Shown here piece by piece: positions 27,801 through 37,581 of a stretch of DNA of 64,000 nt. The notes beneath the pieces are model-generated. The model was not told the origin of the DNA, did not search any database, and worked only from the letters and a program-made list of their open reading frames with translations. The stretch's first letter is position 1. The number at the start of each line of letters is the position of its first letter. Origin of the DNA: Clostridium thermobutyricum (lineage in GTDB: Bacteria > Bacillota > Clostridia > Ch29); assembly GCA_016842005.1 (NCBI GenBank), contig JAENYD010000001.1, positions 102,754 through 166,753 on the forward strand. The letters are read 5' to 3'. The translations under genes and the position numbers were made by a program.

Positions 27801-29606
27801 TTACTTGAGCGCAAGCTCCTTCAACTTATTATCCTCAGGCACACCTTCACTGTTCCATCCTCTTACCTCATAGTACTCCTTGAGCATTACATCCAGTTCA
27901 ACTACTTTGCCTTTGGCGGGACCCGATGGCAGTGGTTCATTCAGCAGTCTGGGCGGCAGGGTATCATCCGCTTTGGTAAAGCCTGCTTCCAGATTGAACA
28001 GCCTCTCCAGGTTCCATATACGCTCTCCCTTTTGAAGTATTTCTTCATCAGTACAGTCAATGCCCAGGGCTGTCCTCAGCATGGAAGAAATCTCGGGAAG
28101 TCCGAGACCAAAGGTTGTAAAAAGACATATCCCGGCAGAATCTATGACTGCAGTAAGGTCCTGGAAGGTTTTCAGCCAGGATGCCTTGTCGGTTGTTACC
28201 AGGGGATCAAGTTTCTCAGGAACACCCAGAATTTCAGGTGATGTCAGGTATCCTCTTACATGGCAGGCCCCGCGGTTGGATGTCGCATATTCAAGACCCA
28301 TGCCCTGTACGCCCCTTGCATCGTATGCAGGCATCTCCTGTTTCTTGACCGTCATGGACAGTTCAGGGTGCCCGTAACCGGATGCCATCCTGTAAGACCC
28401 TTCCGCCAGTTTGTCTCCAAAGCCTTCCCTCAGACCGGTCATTTTTGTCAGCTCGACAATGGCGTCCGCATCCCCGAATCTCAGTTTCCTGCCCACTTCT
28501 TCTTCCGGGAGAATGCCTTTTTCACTCATTTCCATGGCGCATGCTATTGTAGAACCCATGGTAATCGGGTCAAGTCCCAGCTCATTACAGATGAAATTTG
28601 CCTTGCAGATCGCAGCCAGGTCTTTAACTCCGCAGTCCGCACCATAGGCCCAGCCTGCTTCATATTCAGGTCCTTCCCCAAAACCCTTGAATTTGCCTTC
28701 AGGAACCCTGGTAATCCTTCCGCAGCCTATGGAACATCCGAAACAGCCTTTGTTTCTTACAAGAAATTTTTCAGTCAGCGATTCTCCTCCTGTTTCGTCC
28801 GCATCTTCAAAATAACCGCCATCTCGCCAGTTCCTGGTCGGCAGGGCTCCCGATTGATTCAATATATTCACGAGTACTTCAGTTCCATAGGTAGGAAGCC
28901 CCGTACCCGCTACAGGGTCTTCTTTAAGTTTCCTTCTTGCATCAATGCATTTTTCGAGGAATGCGTCAGGCTCAGCGACCTGTACAGACCTGGACCCTCT
29001 TACAGCTACGGCCTTCAGATTTTTTGACCCCATTACCGCACCAAGGCCCGAACGCCCGGCGGCCCTGTGCTTATCGTTCATTACAGTGGCAAAGAGTACC
29101 AGTTTCTCACCTGCCGGTCCTATGCATGTAACTCTGGCATCCTCCGCCGTTTCTTCCAGCAGCTGGTCTGTGGTTTCAAATACGTTTTTGCCCCACAGGT
29201 GCCTGGCATCCCTCAGTTCTACATGGTCATCGTTTATCCAGAGATAAACAGGTTTTTTAGACTTGCCTTCAAAAATAATACCGTCGTAGCCGGCAAACTT
29301 CAGTTCGGGTCCGAAGTGTCCACCCGAGTTTGAAGCACCTATTGTTCCTGTAAGGGGGGCCTTTGCAATAACTTCATATCTCCCCGCACTTGCCGCAAAT
29401 GTGCCGGTAAGCGGACCCGTCATGAATATGAGTTTGTTGTCAGGGCTGAGGGGGTCAACCCTGGGGTCCACCTCATCCATCATTATTTTTGTACCCAGAC
29501 CTCTTCCTCCTATATATGCCCTGGCATCTTCCATGTTCAAGGCCTCTTTTTTAACAGTGCCTTCGGTCAGGTTTACACGGAGTAAAGTACCGACAAAACC
29601 GAACAT
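27801..29606 (-). CDS. aor: Tungsten-containing aldehyde:ferredoxin oxidoreductase (AOR family)
   Basis: N-terminal [46 protein letters not shown] is the AOR family consensus. 601 aa, full length. Confidence 0.9.
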   Translation of the reverse strand: MFGFVGTLLRVNLTEGTVKKEALNMEDARAYIGGRGLGTKIMMDEVDPRVDPLSPDNKLIFMTGPLTGTFAASAGRYEVIAKAPLTGTIGASNSGGHFGPELKFAGYDGIIFEGKSKKPVYLWINDDHVELRDARHLWGKNVFETTDQLLEETAEDARVTCIGPAGEKLVLFATVMNDKHRAAGRSGLGAVMGSKNLKAVAVRGSRSVQVAEPDAFLEKCIDARRKLKEDPVAGTGLPTYGTEVLVNILNQSGALPTRNWRDGGYFEDADETGGESLTEKFLVRNKGCFGCSIGCGRITRVPEGKFKGFGEGPEYEAGWAYGADCGVKDLAAICKANFICNELGLDPITMGSTIACAMEMSEKGILPEEEVGRKLRFGDADAIVELTKMTGLREGFGDKLAEGSYRMASGYGHPELSMTVKKQEMPAYDARGVQGMGLEYATSNRGACHVRGYLTSPEILGVPEKLDPLVTTDKASWLKTFQDLTAVIDSAGICLFTTFGLGLPEISSMLRTALGIDCTDEEILQKGERIWNLERLFNLEAGFTKADDTLPPRLLNEPLPSGPAKGKVVELDVMLKEYYEVRGWNSEGVPEDNKLKELALK

Positions 29607-30109
29607 TATTCACTCACCTCCCCGAACAAATCCTTGAACTTCTCGGCAATTACCTTTTTCCTGCCTACTGTGTTGGGCGCAGCCTCTTTAAATTCAATGG
29701 CCCCTGACGGGCAGAACTCCGCACATTTTGGTTCTCCTTCACAAAGGTCACATTTGACGATTTTCTTTTCTGTCGGGCTGAATGTTATGTTGCCAAGGGG
29801 ACATGCACTTACGCACAGTTTGCAGCCTATGCACTTCTTCTCGTCAATCACAACCGTCCCATCTTCGGCCTTACGTATGGCTGAAGTGGGACATACCTTC
29901 ATACAGGAAGGCTCTTCGCACTGCATGCACATGACAGGTACGGATATAGCTGCTTCATCGTATGATAGAACGGATACCCTGGAGTTTTTGGGGTTAAATG
30001 CTTTGATTTTGCTGAAGGAACATATCAGCTCACATGTCCTGCAGCCAATACATTTTTCGGGCGACAGCATCAGTATTTTACCCACTTTGCTTCTGGTCAC
30101 CATTTTCAC
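29606..30109 (-). CDS. Poly-ferredoxin with four CxxCxxCxxxCP [4Fe-4S] motifs (AorA-like electron-transfer subunit)
   Basis: [37 protein letters not shown] and [15 protein letters not shown]. Its stop overlaps the AOR start. Confidence 0.8.
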   Translation of the reverse strand: MKMVTRSKVGKILMLSPEKCIGCRTCELICSFSKIKAFNPKNSRVSVLSYDEAAISVPVMCMQCEEPSCMKVCPTSAIRKAEDGTVVIDEKKCIGCKLCVSACPLGNITFSPTEKKIVKCDLCEGEPKCAEFCPSGAIEFKEAAPNTVGRKKVIAEKFKDLFGEVSE

Positions 30110-30577
30110 CTGGCACCAGATTGCACCTCCTTTTATTTGATATATAACCTTGTGTGAGACTGCAGCCCTTGGCTATCTGCATTCTGCACACAAAAAAATT
30201 TCATTATTTAAGATGCAAGAGACAGGTTGCATATAAAAAGCAAAGGAACCTCATCCTTCAAGGTGCAAAACACCTCAATTATTGATTCGGCTCCTTTGCT
30301 CATGGCAGGCATAACGATTGCTCCTTACACCCTTTCGCCTCACAAATCCCGCAGGGATCGGCAAGGTCGGAGTCTCGCTCATTATCTCATTATAATTTAT
30401 GAAATCTTTTAAAAAATCAGACCTGCAAATCATCAGGGTATTAGGTATACAGGATCGGTTGGTTATTTGATATAATCAAATTAGATTTGATATTATTCTC
30501 CTGATTTTATTATAATAAACAGTGCCCATAAAAATCAAACTGTTTTGCTATTTTTTTAATCATTTTTTATAAAAAAA

Positions 30578-30612
30578 AAGAGCCCGGGTATTCAGACTCT
30601 TTTCCTGTCCTG
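30578..30612. terminator. Bidirectional terminator-like hairpin flanked by an A run and a T run
   Basis: aaaaaaaaAGAGcccgggtattcagaCTCTtttcc, immediately 3' of the IclR gene. Confidence 0.4.
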
Positions 30613-30634
30613 TTCCAAAATATGTTAGCTCTGA

Positions 30635-31429
30635 TTACAGCACCACATTATGAACCATATCCGACATAACACGGCCGTAATGGGTTAGATGCCTGACCAT
30701 CCCCTTAATCTCCCGGTCGGGTAGTTTCTCAATGAACCCTATAACCGACAGGGCCCCCACTATTTTGTCCCCGAAACCTACGACAGGTACCGCAATTTCG
30801 CGGAAATCCCCGTATTCTCCGTCGCTTAGAATATAGCCCTGAAGACGAGCCTCGATCATTTCTTTTTCCAGCAGACCGGGATCGGTAATGGTCTTTTCGG
30901 TATAGGCCGGCATCCCGGTCATATTTAATATATGGTCCCTTTCGGCTTTGCTGATATAAGCCAGAAAAACCTTGCCGGAAGCGCTCGCATGCATGGGCAA
31001 AGCAGTGCCCAAATCCAAATGGATGCTGTCTCTTGAAGGACTTTCTTTTGCCAGGATGCAGCTCACCTTTGTATCGGTACGCAGGAAAAAATAGGTGCTC
31101 TGATGCACCTTTTCATGGAGTTCCCGGAGAACCTTGCCCATCTCGTCATAGGGGAAGTCCTTTCTCAAATAGCATTCTCCCACCCTGAAAGCCTCGGGTC
31201 CGATGCGGTAATCCTTGGTCTTTGGGTTCTGGATTATGAAGCCTTCCAGTAACAGGGTCGAAAGATAATGGTGCATACTGCTTTTGTTGATATCCATAGC
31301 TTCAGCCAGCTGGTTGAGACTGAGCCCTTCATTTACATGGGCCATGTATTTCAGGATCTGAAGGCATTTTTGAGCCGATGAAATAATTTTAGCTTCCTTA
31401 TTCATATTTTCACTCTTCTCCAAATACAA
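30635..31429 (-). CDS. IclR-family transcriptional regulator
   Basis: Typical N-terminal HTH (LSLNQLAEAMDINKSSMHHYLSTLLLEGFI) and a C-terminal effector domain. Confidence 0.8.
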   Translation of the reverse strand: MYLEKSENMNKEAKIISSAQKCLQILKYMAHVNEGLSLNQLAEAMDINKSSMHHYLSTLLLEGFIIQNPKTKDYRIGPEAFRVGECYLRKDFPYDEMGKVLRELHEKVHQSTYFFLRTDTKVSCILAKESPSRDSIHLDLGTALPMHASASGKVFLAYISKAERDHILNMTGMPAYTEKTITDPGLLEKEMIEARLQGYILSDGEYGDFREIAVPVVGFGDKIVGALSVIGFIEKLPDREIKGMVRHLTHYGRVMSDMVHNVVL

Positions 31430-32561
31430 GCATAGTTAAAGTTTGATTGATATGCAGCCCTTCGTACTGTTCCCCATAAGTGTTGAACCCACAGACGGGA
31501 GCTACGCTCAGCATCTTTGATATTTCCAGGGTGTTTCTCTGTACTTCTGATTCTATATATCTCAGGAGGCAGTTGAAAACAATCATTGCACTTATTTTAC
31601 CCAGTTTATCCCGGGCTGTGTCAATAGCCTTTCCGGTTTCCGCAATCAGATTTCCGGGGTCCATAACCGTAAGCCTGCTGTTTTCGGTTATCCTGCTGAA
31701 AAACTTCAGGCCTCCGTCTTTTTCCGCCCGCAATGGGCTTCTCAGATAATAATTCCCTCCGATGTTGATACCCAAAGGATGTGTAACAAACATCTCCGGA
31801 TTTAAATTATTGGTTTTTGAGCCAATGGCTCTGCAGTACTCGCTTACGGCAGGCCTTCCGTTAAACTCGTATACCACCCTTTTTTCGGGGTCAGCTTTGG
31901 TAACCCTTAATTTCTTCTGGGTGGGCAGATAATTATTTGTACAAATGGTGGCAAAAGGCGTGTTGGTCTTTATCAGGATAAATATCAGGGCATTGCTGAA
32001 TATTTCAAAATTAAGATGCAGGAAAACCTTATTGAAACTATAGTCGTCTCCTGCGGAACCCCCTACTGTTTTTAACCGCCGGGCGGTTTTTGTAATCCCC
32101 ATGATTACAAACTCTTCCACTTCGGAGGTCCCATCGATCAATACAATTCCCACATATTTGTCATCCAGCTGGTCCGGCGTGGTGTCCAGCTGACGGGCGG
32201 CTTCGGTAACTGCGACCCTGGCAGCACTGATCGGGTCTTTGTCAATATTTTTCCCCAATCCGATACCCACCTTCATGCTATCGGAGTTAAAGCTCATAGC
32301 TGCAAGGCTATTGCTTTGAAAACCCCGGGAGGTAATGACTACACCGGTAGTACAGCCGGCAAATATAGCCGAGGCAAGACAGGGATCCCGGGATGCTCCT
32401 TGGAATGCCTTTGCTATTTTTGCCTGGTCAAATTGACTGGAACAGAAGTATAAGACCAGCCGGGTATTCTCCTGCTTTATCTGTTCTATAACACTGGTTA
32501 CCGTTTTTTCTTCCTGCCCGAATTCTGCATGACCCACCTTTACCCCAAAATTCCCCCCCAC
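31410..32561 (-). CDS. FIST-domain (FIST_N + FIST_C) sensory protein
   Basis: 383 aa with the two-part FIST architecture. It overlaps the downstream IclR gene by 20 nt. Confidence 0.65.
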   Translation of the reverse strand: MGGNFGVKVGHAEFGQEEKTVTSVIEQIKQENTRLVLYFCSSQFDQAKIAKAFQGASRDPCLASAIFAGCTTGVVITSRGFQSNSLAAMSFNSDSMKVGIGLGKNIDKDPISAARVAVTEAARQLDTTPDQLDDKYVGIVLIDGTSEVEEFVIMGITKTARRLKTVGGSAGDDYSFNKVFLHLNFEIFSNALIFILIKTNTPFATICTNNYLPTQKKLRVTKADPEKRVVYEFNGRPAVSEYCRAIGSKTNNLNPEMFVTHPLGINIGGNYYLRSPLRAEKDGGLKFFSRITENSRLTVMDPGNLIAETGKAIDTARDKLGKISAMIVFNCLLRYIESEVQRNTLEISKMLSVAPVCGFNTYGEQYEGLHINQTLTMLVFGEE

Positions 32562-33105
32562 GTTAGCACCTCCTCATACTTCTAAATCCGTAAACCCTTA
32601 CTAATTATTATACCTTATCCGGCAATTACTTCAATGACAGATGAATATACCTTACTCTCATCCAATAGAATACTTTAAAAAAGTCAGCCCTAGTAAAACG
32701 GGAAACCCAGAACCGACTTTGCGTCATTTTTACCTGGAAGGAAATACATCTCATACCGTCTTGGGACGTACCATTTACCCGTTTTAAACCAATATCATCG
32801 ATGTATAACCATCGCCCCTTGGGTAGACGCAACCCTGTCCCCAGTGGGCTTTTGTTTATAAGTTTGTCGCCTATAAACTCATCTAGGCTGGGGTTGGTCG
32901 CAGTATACTACTAAGCATATCGCTCAATAGTACCACTTCCTTCCCTCTTGGGACTTAGTAGAAACGAGTGAACCCCGCTCCTACTCAAGTTTATTATATA
33001 CAAAATATTATAGTTCGTATAGTATTCAAATGGGTAATCATGTTGATTTTTGTTTATGTAGTGATACCTTTAGACCCAAAAAAATGGAGTTATTTTATGG
33101 ATTTG

Positions 33106-33146
33106 AGAATCAAAAAACCCTTGAAAATCAAGGGTTTTATTTTTGG
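33106..33146. terminator. Bidirectional rho-independent terminator at the 3' end of the tRNA operon
   Basis: AAAAAACCCTTGAaaatCAAGGGTTTTATTTTT. Confidence 0.65.
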
Positions 33147-33220
33147 TGCGCCCTGAGGGACTCGAACCCCCGACCAACTGATTCGAAGTCAGCGACTCTA
33201 TCCAACTGAGCTAAGGGCGC
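33145..33220 (-). tRNA. tRNA-Arg (anticodon TCG)
   Basis: Reverse complement GCGCCCTTAGCTCAGTTGGATAGAGTCGCTGACTTCGAATCAGTTGGTCGGGGGTTCGAGTCCCTCAGGGCGCACCA. Cloverleaf with encoded CCA. Confidence 0.85.
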
Positions 33221-33229
33221 ATATGAACC

Positions 33230-33303
33230 TGGAGCGGATGAAGGGAATCGAACCCTCGCGACTGGCTTGGAAGGCCAGGGCTCTACCACTGAGCTACACC
33301 CGC
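33230..33303 (-). tRNA. tRNA-Gly (anticodon TCC), copy 1
   Basis: Reverse complement GCGGGTGTAGCTCAGTGGTAGAGCCCTGGCCTTCCAAGCCAGTCGCGAGGGTTCGATTCCCTTCATCCGCTCCA. Confidence 0.85.
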
Positions 33304-33323
33304 ATCATGCCTGAAGAAAATAA

Positions 33324-33401
33324 TGGTGACCCATCCGCGACTCGAACGCGGGACACCCTGATTAAAAGTCAGGTGCTCTACCGACTGAGCTAATGGGCCA
33401 C
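33324..33401 (-). tRNA. tRNA-Lys (anticodon TTT)
   Basis: Reverse complement GTGGCCCATTAGCTCAGTCGGTAGAGCACCTGACTTTTAATCAGGGTGTCCCGCGTTCGAGTCGCGGATGGGTCACCA. Confidence 0.85.
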
Positions 33402-33405
33402 AAGA

Positions 33406-33482
33406 TGGCTGGGGCGGCAGGACTCGAACCTGCGGAATGCCAGAGTCAAAGTCTGGTGCCTTACCGGCTTGGCGACGCCCCA
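33406..33482 (-). tRNA. tRNA-Gln (anticodon TTG)
   Basis: Reverse complement TGGGGCGTCGCCAAGCCGGTAAGGCACCAGACTTTGACTCTGGCATTCCGCAGGTTCGAGTCCTGCCGCCCCAGCCA. It has the U1-A72 pair and the bacterial tRNA-Gln pattern. Confidence 0.85.
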
Positions 33483-33501
33483 AAGAAAACTGATTTGTAG
33501 A

Positions 33502-33579
33502 TGGGGTGGATAGTGGGAATCGAACCCACGACCTCCAGAGCCACAATCTGGCGCTCTAACCAACTGAGCTATACCCACC
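33502..33579 (-). tRNA. tRNA-His (anticodon GTG) with encoded G-1
   Basis: Reverse complement GGTGGGTATAGCTCAGTTGGTTAGAGCGCCAGATTGTGGCTCTGGAGGTCGTGGGTTCGATTCCCACTATCCACCCCA. The extra 5' G pairs with discriminator C73. Confidence 0.85.
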
Positions 33580-33603
33580 ATATTAACATTATATTAAGAT
33601 AAA

Positions 33604-33680
33604 TGGTGCGCCTGCAGGGACTCGAACCCCGGGCACACGGATTAGAAGTCCGTTGCTCTATCCACCTGAGCTACAGGCGC
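33604..33680 (-). tRNA. tRNA-Arg (anticodon TCT)
   Basis: Reverse complement GCGCCTGTAGCTCAGGTGGATAGAGCAACGGACTTCTAATCCGTGTGCCCGGGGTTCGAGTCCCTGCAGGCGCACCA. Confidence 0.85.
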
Positions 33681-33688
33681 ATGTAACA

Positions 33689-33762
33689 TGGAGCGGGTGA
33701 AGGGAATCGAACCCTCGCGACTGGCTTGGAAGGCCAGGGCTCTACCACTGAGCTACACCCGC
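33689..33762 (-). tRNA. tRNA-Gly (anticodon TCC), copy 2 (one substitution relative to copy 1)
   Basis: Reverse complement GCGGGTGTAGCTCAGTGGTAGAGCCCTGGCCTTCCAAGCCAGTCGCGAGGGTTCGATTCCCTTCACCCGCTCCA. Confidence 0.85.
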
Positions 33763-33783
33763 ATTTATCTCCGACAATTAATT

Positions 33784-33812
33784 ATTATAGCAAAGTAGCA
33801 AATCTATGTCAA
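33784..33812 (-). promoter_or_regulatory. Consensus sigma-A promoter (TTGACA-17-TATAAT) driving the tRNA operon
   Basis: - strand TTGACAtagatttgctactttgcTATAAT, ~25 nt upstream of the first tRNA 5' end. Confidence 0.6.
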
Positions 33813-33894
33813 TATGTTTATTTTCCCAGAGCACACATTATACAAAGGTTGCAGCCTCATCTCAAATCATTATATGCATGGCTGCAATGAAAAA

Positions 33895-34425
33895 TTATAT
33901 ATAAATTATCTCAGAAATAATATTGCCCTCTGCAATTTCAATTATTCCGAAGCTGGGTTTGAATAAACCGCGGGGATTCCCGGTGCTCCCTGGATTTACA
34001 AAAATCATTCCTTCTTCCCGGATTATGCGGGGTTGGTGAGTATGTCCGTAAAGCACAATATCTGCATCCAGTTCTTTTCCCCGGTAATACAGGGAAGTCA
34101 GACCTTCCTTCACCCTGTATCTGTGTCCATGGGTGGCGAAAAACCTTTTGCCCTGGATATCCACCACCAGTTCGGCGGTAATTTCATCCCCGGACGGCCT
34201 GTGCCCAAATATCCGGTCGCAGTTTCCTATAATGGTGTACACTTTTCCGGAGTACACTTCTTTTATATATTGCGCATCCGAAACAAAATCCCCCAGATGA
34301 AAAACAAGGTCAATATTTCCCATTTTCTTAACAGCCTTCAGCAGATCGGCCTTTCTGCCGTGACTGTCACTTACAATGCCGATTTTCAACCTTTTTCCCC
34401 CTTCAACGGGCCCTTCAGTATACAC
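33895..34425 (-). CDS. YfcE/MJ0936-family metallophosphoesterase (B. subtilis YsnB-like)
   Basis: IGIVSDSHG...LGDFV...GHTHQP motifs. It lies downstream of rph-rdgB as in Bacillus. Confidence 0.75.
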   Translation of the reverse strand: MYTEGPVEGGKRLKIGIVSDSHGRKADLLKAVKKMGNIDLVFHLGDFVSDAQYIKEVYSGKVYTIIGNCDRIFGHRPSGDEITAELVVDIQGKRFFATHGHRYRVKEGLTSLYYRGKELDADIVLYGHTHQPRIIREEGMIFVNPGSTGNPRGLFKPSFGIIEIAEGNIISEIIYI

Positions 34426-34997
34426 TTTATTTTATGCAGTGCCTTTGACCTGTGGCTTATGGCATTCTTCTCCTCCGGTTTCAATTCTGCAAAGGTTTTT
34501 TGGTGTTCAGCCACATAGAATAGGGGGTCATAGCCAAACCCGCCGTTCCCCCGGGGCTCCAAAAGAATCTGCCCGTGACATTCCCCCAAGGCCTGGATAT
34601 GCGTCCCATCGGGAAATACCACCACAACCGCACATACAAACCTGGCCCTTCTCTCTCCCCCTGGTATATCTTGCATTAACTCAAGGAGCTTCCGGTTATT
34701 GTCTTCATCCGATGCCCCTTCCCCTGCAAACCTGGCGGAGTATACTCCCGGTTTGCCATCCAGGGCATCTACCACCAGCCCGGAATCATCTGCCAGGACT
34801 GTTTCTCCCGTTGCCTGCATAACCTCGAATGCCTTCTTGTACGCATTGGCTTCAAAAGTCGCTCCATCTTCCACCACATTCACATTTATTCCCGTTTCTT
34901 CAAGGGATATCACCGAATAACCCGTATCGTCCAGTATTGTTTTGATTTCCTCAACCTTATTCCTGTTCCTGCTGGCCACTATTATTCTTTTCTCCAT
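34386..34997 (-). CDS. rdgB: Non-canonical purine NTP pyrophosphatase (RdgB/HAM1, dITP/XTP pyrophosphatase)
   Basis: [15 protein letters not shown]...FGYDPLFYV...[12 protein letters not shown]. Start taken at MEKRIIV. Confidence 0.85.
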   Translation of the reverse strand: MEKRIIVASRNRNKVEEIKTILDDTGYSVISLEETGINVNVVEDGATFEANAYKKAFEVMQATGETVLADDSGLVVDALDGKPGVYSARFAGEGASDEDNNRKLLELMQDIPGGERRARFVCAVVVVFPDGTHIQALGECHGQILLEPRGNGGFGYDPLFYVAEHQKTFAELKPEEKNAISHRSKALHKIKCILKGPLKGEKG

Positions 34998-35742
34998 CCT
35001 TCGGCAAACCCCCAATCAAGTCTTTACCCAGGGCCTTTTTCTGTGCTTCAATAAGCTGCGCAATACCCTTTTCCCCCAGACGCATCATCCGGTACATCTC
35101 ATCCATGCTGAAGGGGAACCCTTCGGCTGTACCCTGTATTTCAACAATCTTATTGCTGCCGGTCATGACCAGGTTCATATCCACCTGGGCCCTGCTGTCT
35201 TCCTCGAAACACAGGTCCAGCATGGGCTGTCCGTCCACTATGCCCACACTGACGGCGGCTATCATGTTTATAAGGGGTATTTCTTCCACTATACCTTCCC
35301 GCTTCATATAGTTCAGGGCATCAACCAGGGCAATAAAGGAGCCGGTAATGGAAGCGGTTCTGGTACCGCCATCAGCCTGCAATACATCGCAGTCTATCCA
35401 GATGGTGTACTCCCCGCCGAGCTTGTCCAGTTCAACTATAGAACGGAAGGCCCTGCCAATAAGCCTCTGAATTTCATGGGTTCGGCCCTGTATTTTCCCT
35501 CTTGAAGCCTCCCTTGCCTTTCTGACCTGGGTTGACCGGGGAAGCATGGAATATTCGGCGGTAATCCATCCCTGACCCGTGCCTTTTACAAAAGGGGGAA
35601 CTCCTTCCTGAAGAGAAGCGGTGCATAAAACCTTGGTATCACCTGTCTCCATCAGCACTGAACCCTCTCCGTATTTCGTATAGTATCTTGTGATTTTAAC
35701 AGGTCTGAGCTGGTCAAACGCCCTGCCATCAATTCTGTCCAC
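34957..35742 (-). CDS. rph: Ribonuclease PH
   Basis: [43 protein letters not shown]... is the RNase PH consensus. Its 3' end overlaps rdgB. Confidence 0.9.
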   Translation of the reverse strand: MDRIDGRAFDQLRPVKITRYYTKYGEGSVLMETGDTKVLCTASLQEGVPPFVKGTGQGWITAEYSMLPRSTQVRKAREASRGKIQGRTHEIQRLIGRAFRSIVELDKLGGEYTIWIDCDVLQADGGTRTASITGSFIALVDALNYMKREGIVEEIPLINMIAAVSVGIVDGQPMLDLCFEEDSRAQVDMNLVMTGSNKIVEIQGTAEGFPFSMDEMYRMMRLGEKGIAQLIEAQKKALGKDLIGGLPKDGEKNNSGQQEQE

Positions 35743-35826
35743 TATCTCATCTCCTTCTACGAAGATATTACATCATTATCATATATTTTTCAACAATGTC
35801 AATGCCTGCTCATGCAGGCATATGGA

Positions 35827-36852
35827 CTAATATATATTGGCAAACACAGGGACATCAATGGTCCTGTCAAGTACCGTTCCGCCGGGCAGTTCGGCAAACT
35901 TGCCGTCCACCAGCAGCTGCACGCCTACAACCGATGGGTATTCCCTCAGGGTCAGGGTCACTGACCTGACGATATTCTCCGCTATCCTCTCACTCCCCTG
36001 GTAATCGAATACCCCTTTCTCAAAATTTATGTAGACAATACCGTTTTTTAACCCCATACCCATAATCTTTGAGTTTTCAGGAATATCCGACTTCAGTCCC
36101 GAACCTTCGGGAGGCCCCTCCAAAAGGCATTTCATTGCCGCATCCATGCCACTGCCTGCGCTCCCTACCCCGACAGTGAGAGGGACGAAATACTGAAAGC
36201 CTTTATCATTTTGCCTGTAAAAATAGACAGTAACCTTTGAGCCTGACGCACTGCCTGTAAGGTTTATGTCCCCCCTGGTTATGGGCCCATCCACCCGGGT
36301 ACCGAATTCAAGAGTATCAAGAAATTTCCCTTCAAACATGAACTGTACACTGTCCACGGTATTGAATTCGGTAAGGGTATATACGATGGATTTTATCATC
36401 AATTCTTCTTCACCGGCATTGCGGCAGTCAAGGGCTTCTCCCGACAGGTCTATCCTGGCCAGCCCGTCCCTTATGGTAAGTCCCAGTATTTTTGTCCCTG
36501 CCGGTATGGTAGGATACAGCCCTGCATCTTCTGCTATCTCCGCAGCTTCCTGCCCGTCAATTATCTTTTCCAGGGCCGCCCTGGCAATACCCTCTTCCCA
36601 TTCGATTTCCCGCATTACAGGGACAAGATAGCCCATGTCATCTTTATAATAGAGCACGGTTTCTCTCAACCTGACCTCCGTATCCTCCGGCACAGATTCT
36701 TCCTCCCCTGTGTCAATATTATCGCGGGGCTCCGGTTCTGCCTGCTCCTCCCCGGATATGAAGTCCTTCAGAGCCTGTATAGGGTTGAAACATCCCGTCA
36801 TCAGCAAGACAATGCAAAATATGCTCAGTCCCAGTATTACCTGTCTTCGCAT
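35827..36852 (-). CDS. gerM: GerM-like lipoprotein (tandem Germane domains), spore germination/sporulation protein
   Basis: Lipobox LLMTGC. Two GerMN-like repeats. Gene order gerM-rph-rdgB-ysnB as in B. subtilis. Confidence 0.7.
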   Translation of the reverse strand: MRRQVILGLSIFCIVLLMTGCFNPIQALKDFISGEEQAEPEPRDNIDTGEEESVPEDTEVRLRETVLYYKDDMGYLVPVMREIEWEEGIARAALEKIIDGQEAAEIAEDAGLYPTIPAGTKILGLTIRDGLARIDLSGEALDCRNAGEEELMIKSIVYTLTEFNTVDSVQFMFEGKFLDTLEFGTRVDGPITRGDINLTGSASGSKVTVYFYRQNDKGFQYFVPLTVGVGSAGSGMDAAMKCLLEGPPEGSGLKSDIPENSKIMGMGLKNGIVYINFEKGVFDYQGSERIAENIVRSVTLTLREYPSVVGVQLLVDGKFAELPGGTVLDRTIDVPVFANIY

Positions 36853-36919
36853 CCCTATTCCTCCCTAATAATACTTATCTATCAAATTATATATATTAGA
36901 AAGCAAGGGACACTATGAG

Positions 36920-37450
36920 TTATTTTTTCTTTATTTTTTTCATATAACCTCCAACGGCAGTCCTGGTATCGCTGATGGTCACAAAAGCTCCCTCATCCAC
37001 CTCATGGACTGTATTCATGAGCCTGTGCAGTTCTTTTCTGGGCATTACCACATACAGGAGACACCTGGGACCCTCTTTGCCCATACCCTGCACCTCGGTA
37101 ACCCCGAACCCCATATCCCTCAGACTCTGGACCATCTCCTCATTGCACCGGTTGGATATTACCCTTGCGGTAATGGTTCCTATGGCCATTTTATCCTCAA
37201 TAAAGCTTCCTACAATATTGCCGGTGGCAAAACCGAGGGCGTATGCCAGTATGTTTCCCACATTGTACAAATTGCTGACCACTTTGAGCAGTACCACTAT
37301 ATATATGGTAACTTCAAAGAAACCAATGATTGCAGCATAATATTTCTTTCCCCTCATCAGCATGAGAATCCTGATGGTTGTAAGGGAAACATCGGCTACC
37401 CGTGCCAGGAATATCAAAAGATAACCCAAAAATAATTCCATTAAAATCAC
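36920..37450 (-). CDS. DUF2179/UPF0316-family membrane protein
   Basis: 176 aa with an N-terminal 3-TM region plus a C-terminal soluble domain. Resembles the UPF0316 family. Confidence 0.45.
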   Translation of the reverse strand: MILMELFLGYLLIFLARVADVSLTTIRILMLMRGKKYYAAIIGFFEVTIYIVVLLKVVSNLYNVGNILAYALGFATGNIVGSFIEDKMAIGTITARVISNRCNEEMVQSLRDMGFGVTEVQGMGKEGPRCLLYVVMPRKELHRLMNTVHEVDEGAFVTISDTRTAVGGYMKKIKKK

Positions 37451-37581
37451 CCCATAGAGTTTAATATTGTTAAATACTGATATATTATGCCTGTAAAATA
37501 TAGATAATACTATACTTAATTCCGGGAGAAGTCAACCCATAAAACCGGGTTATAAAAAAAGAGGAGAAAAATTTCCCCCTC

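Noticed and set aside
28260-29027. 255-aa + strand ORF inside the AOR gene, and similar long antisense ORFs at 40356-41255, 41257-41964, 42274-42933, 21297-21917 and 50927-51535
   Set aside because: All lie antisense to genes with strong family support. They have low-complexity or Cys/His/Pro-rich composition and no RBS. They are typical shadow ORFs.
30100-30120. + strand TGGCACcagatTGCAC, resembling a sigma-54 promoter
   Set aside because: The GG-GC spacing is 9 rather than 10. It lies inside the start of the - strand ferredoxin gene and would transcribe into a convergent gene.
32626-32832. 68-aa - strand ORF in the tRNA/FIST spacer
   Set aside because: No RBS and an odd composition. It is more likely part of an untranslated leader.
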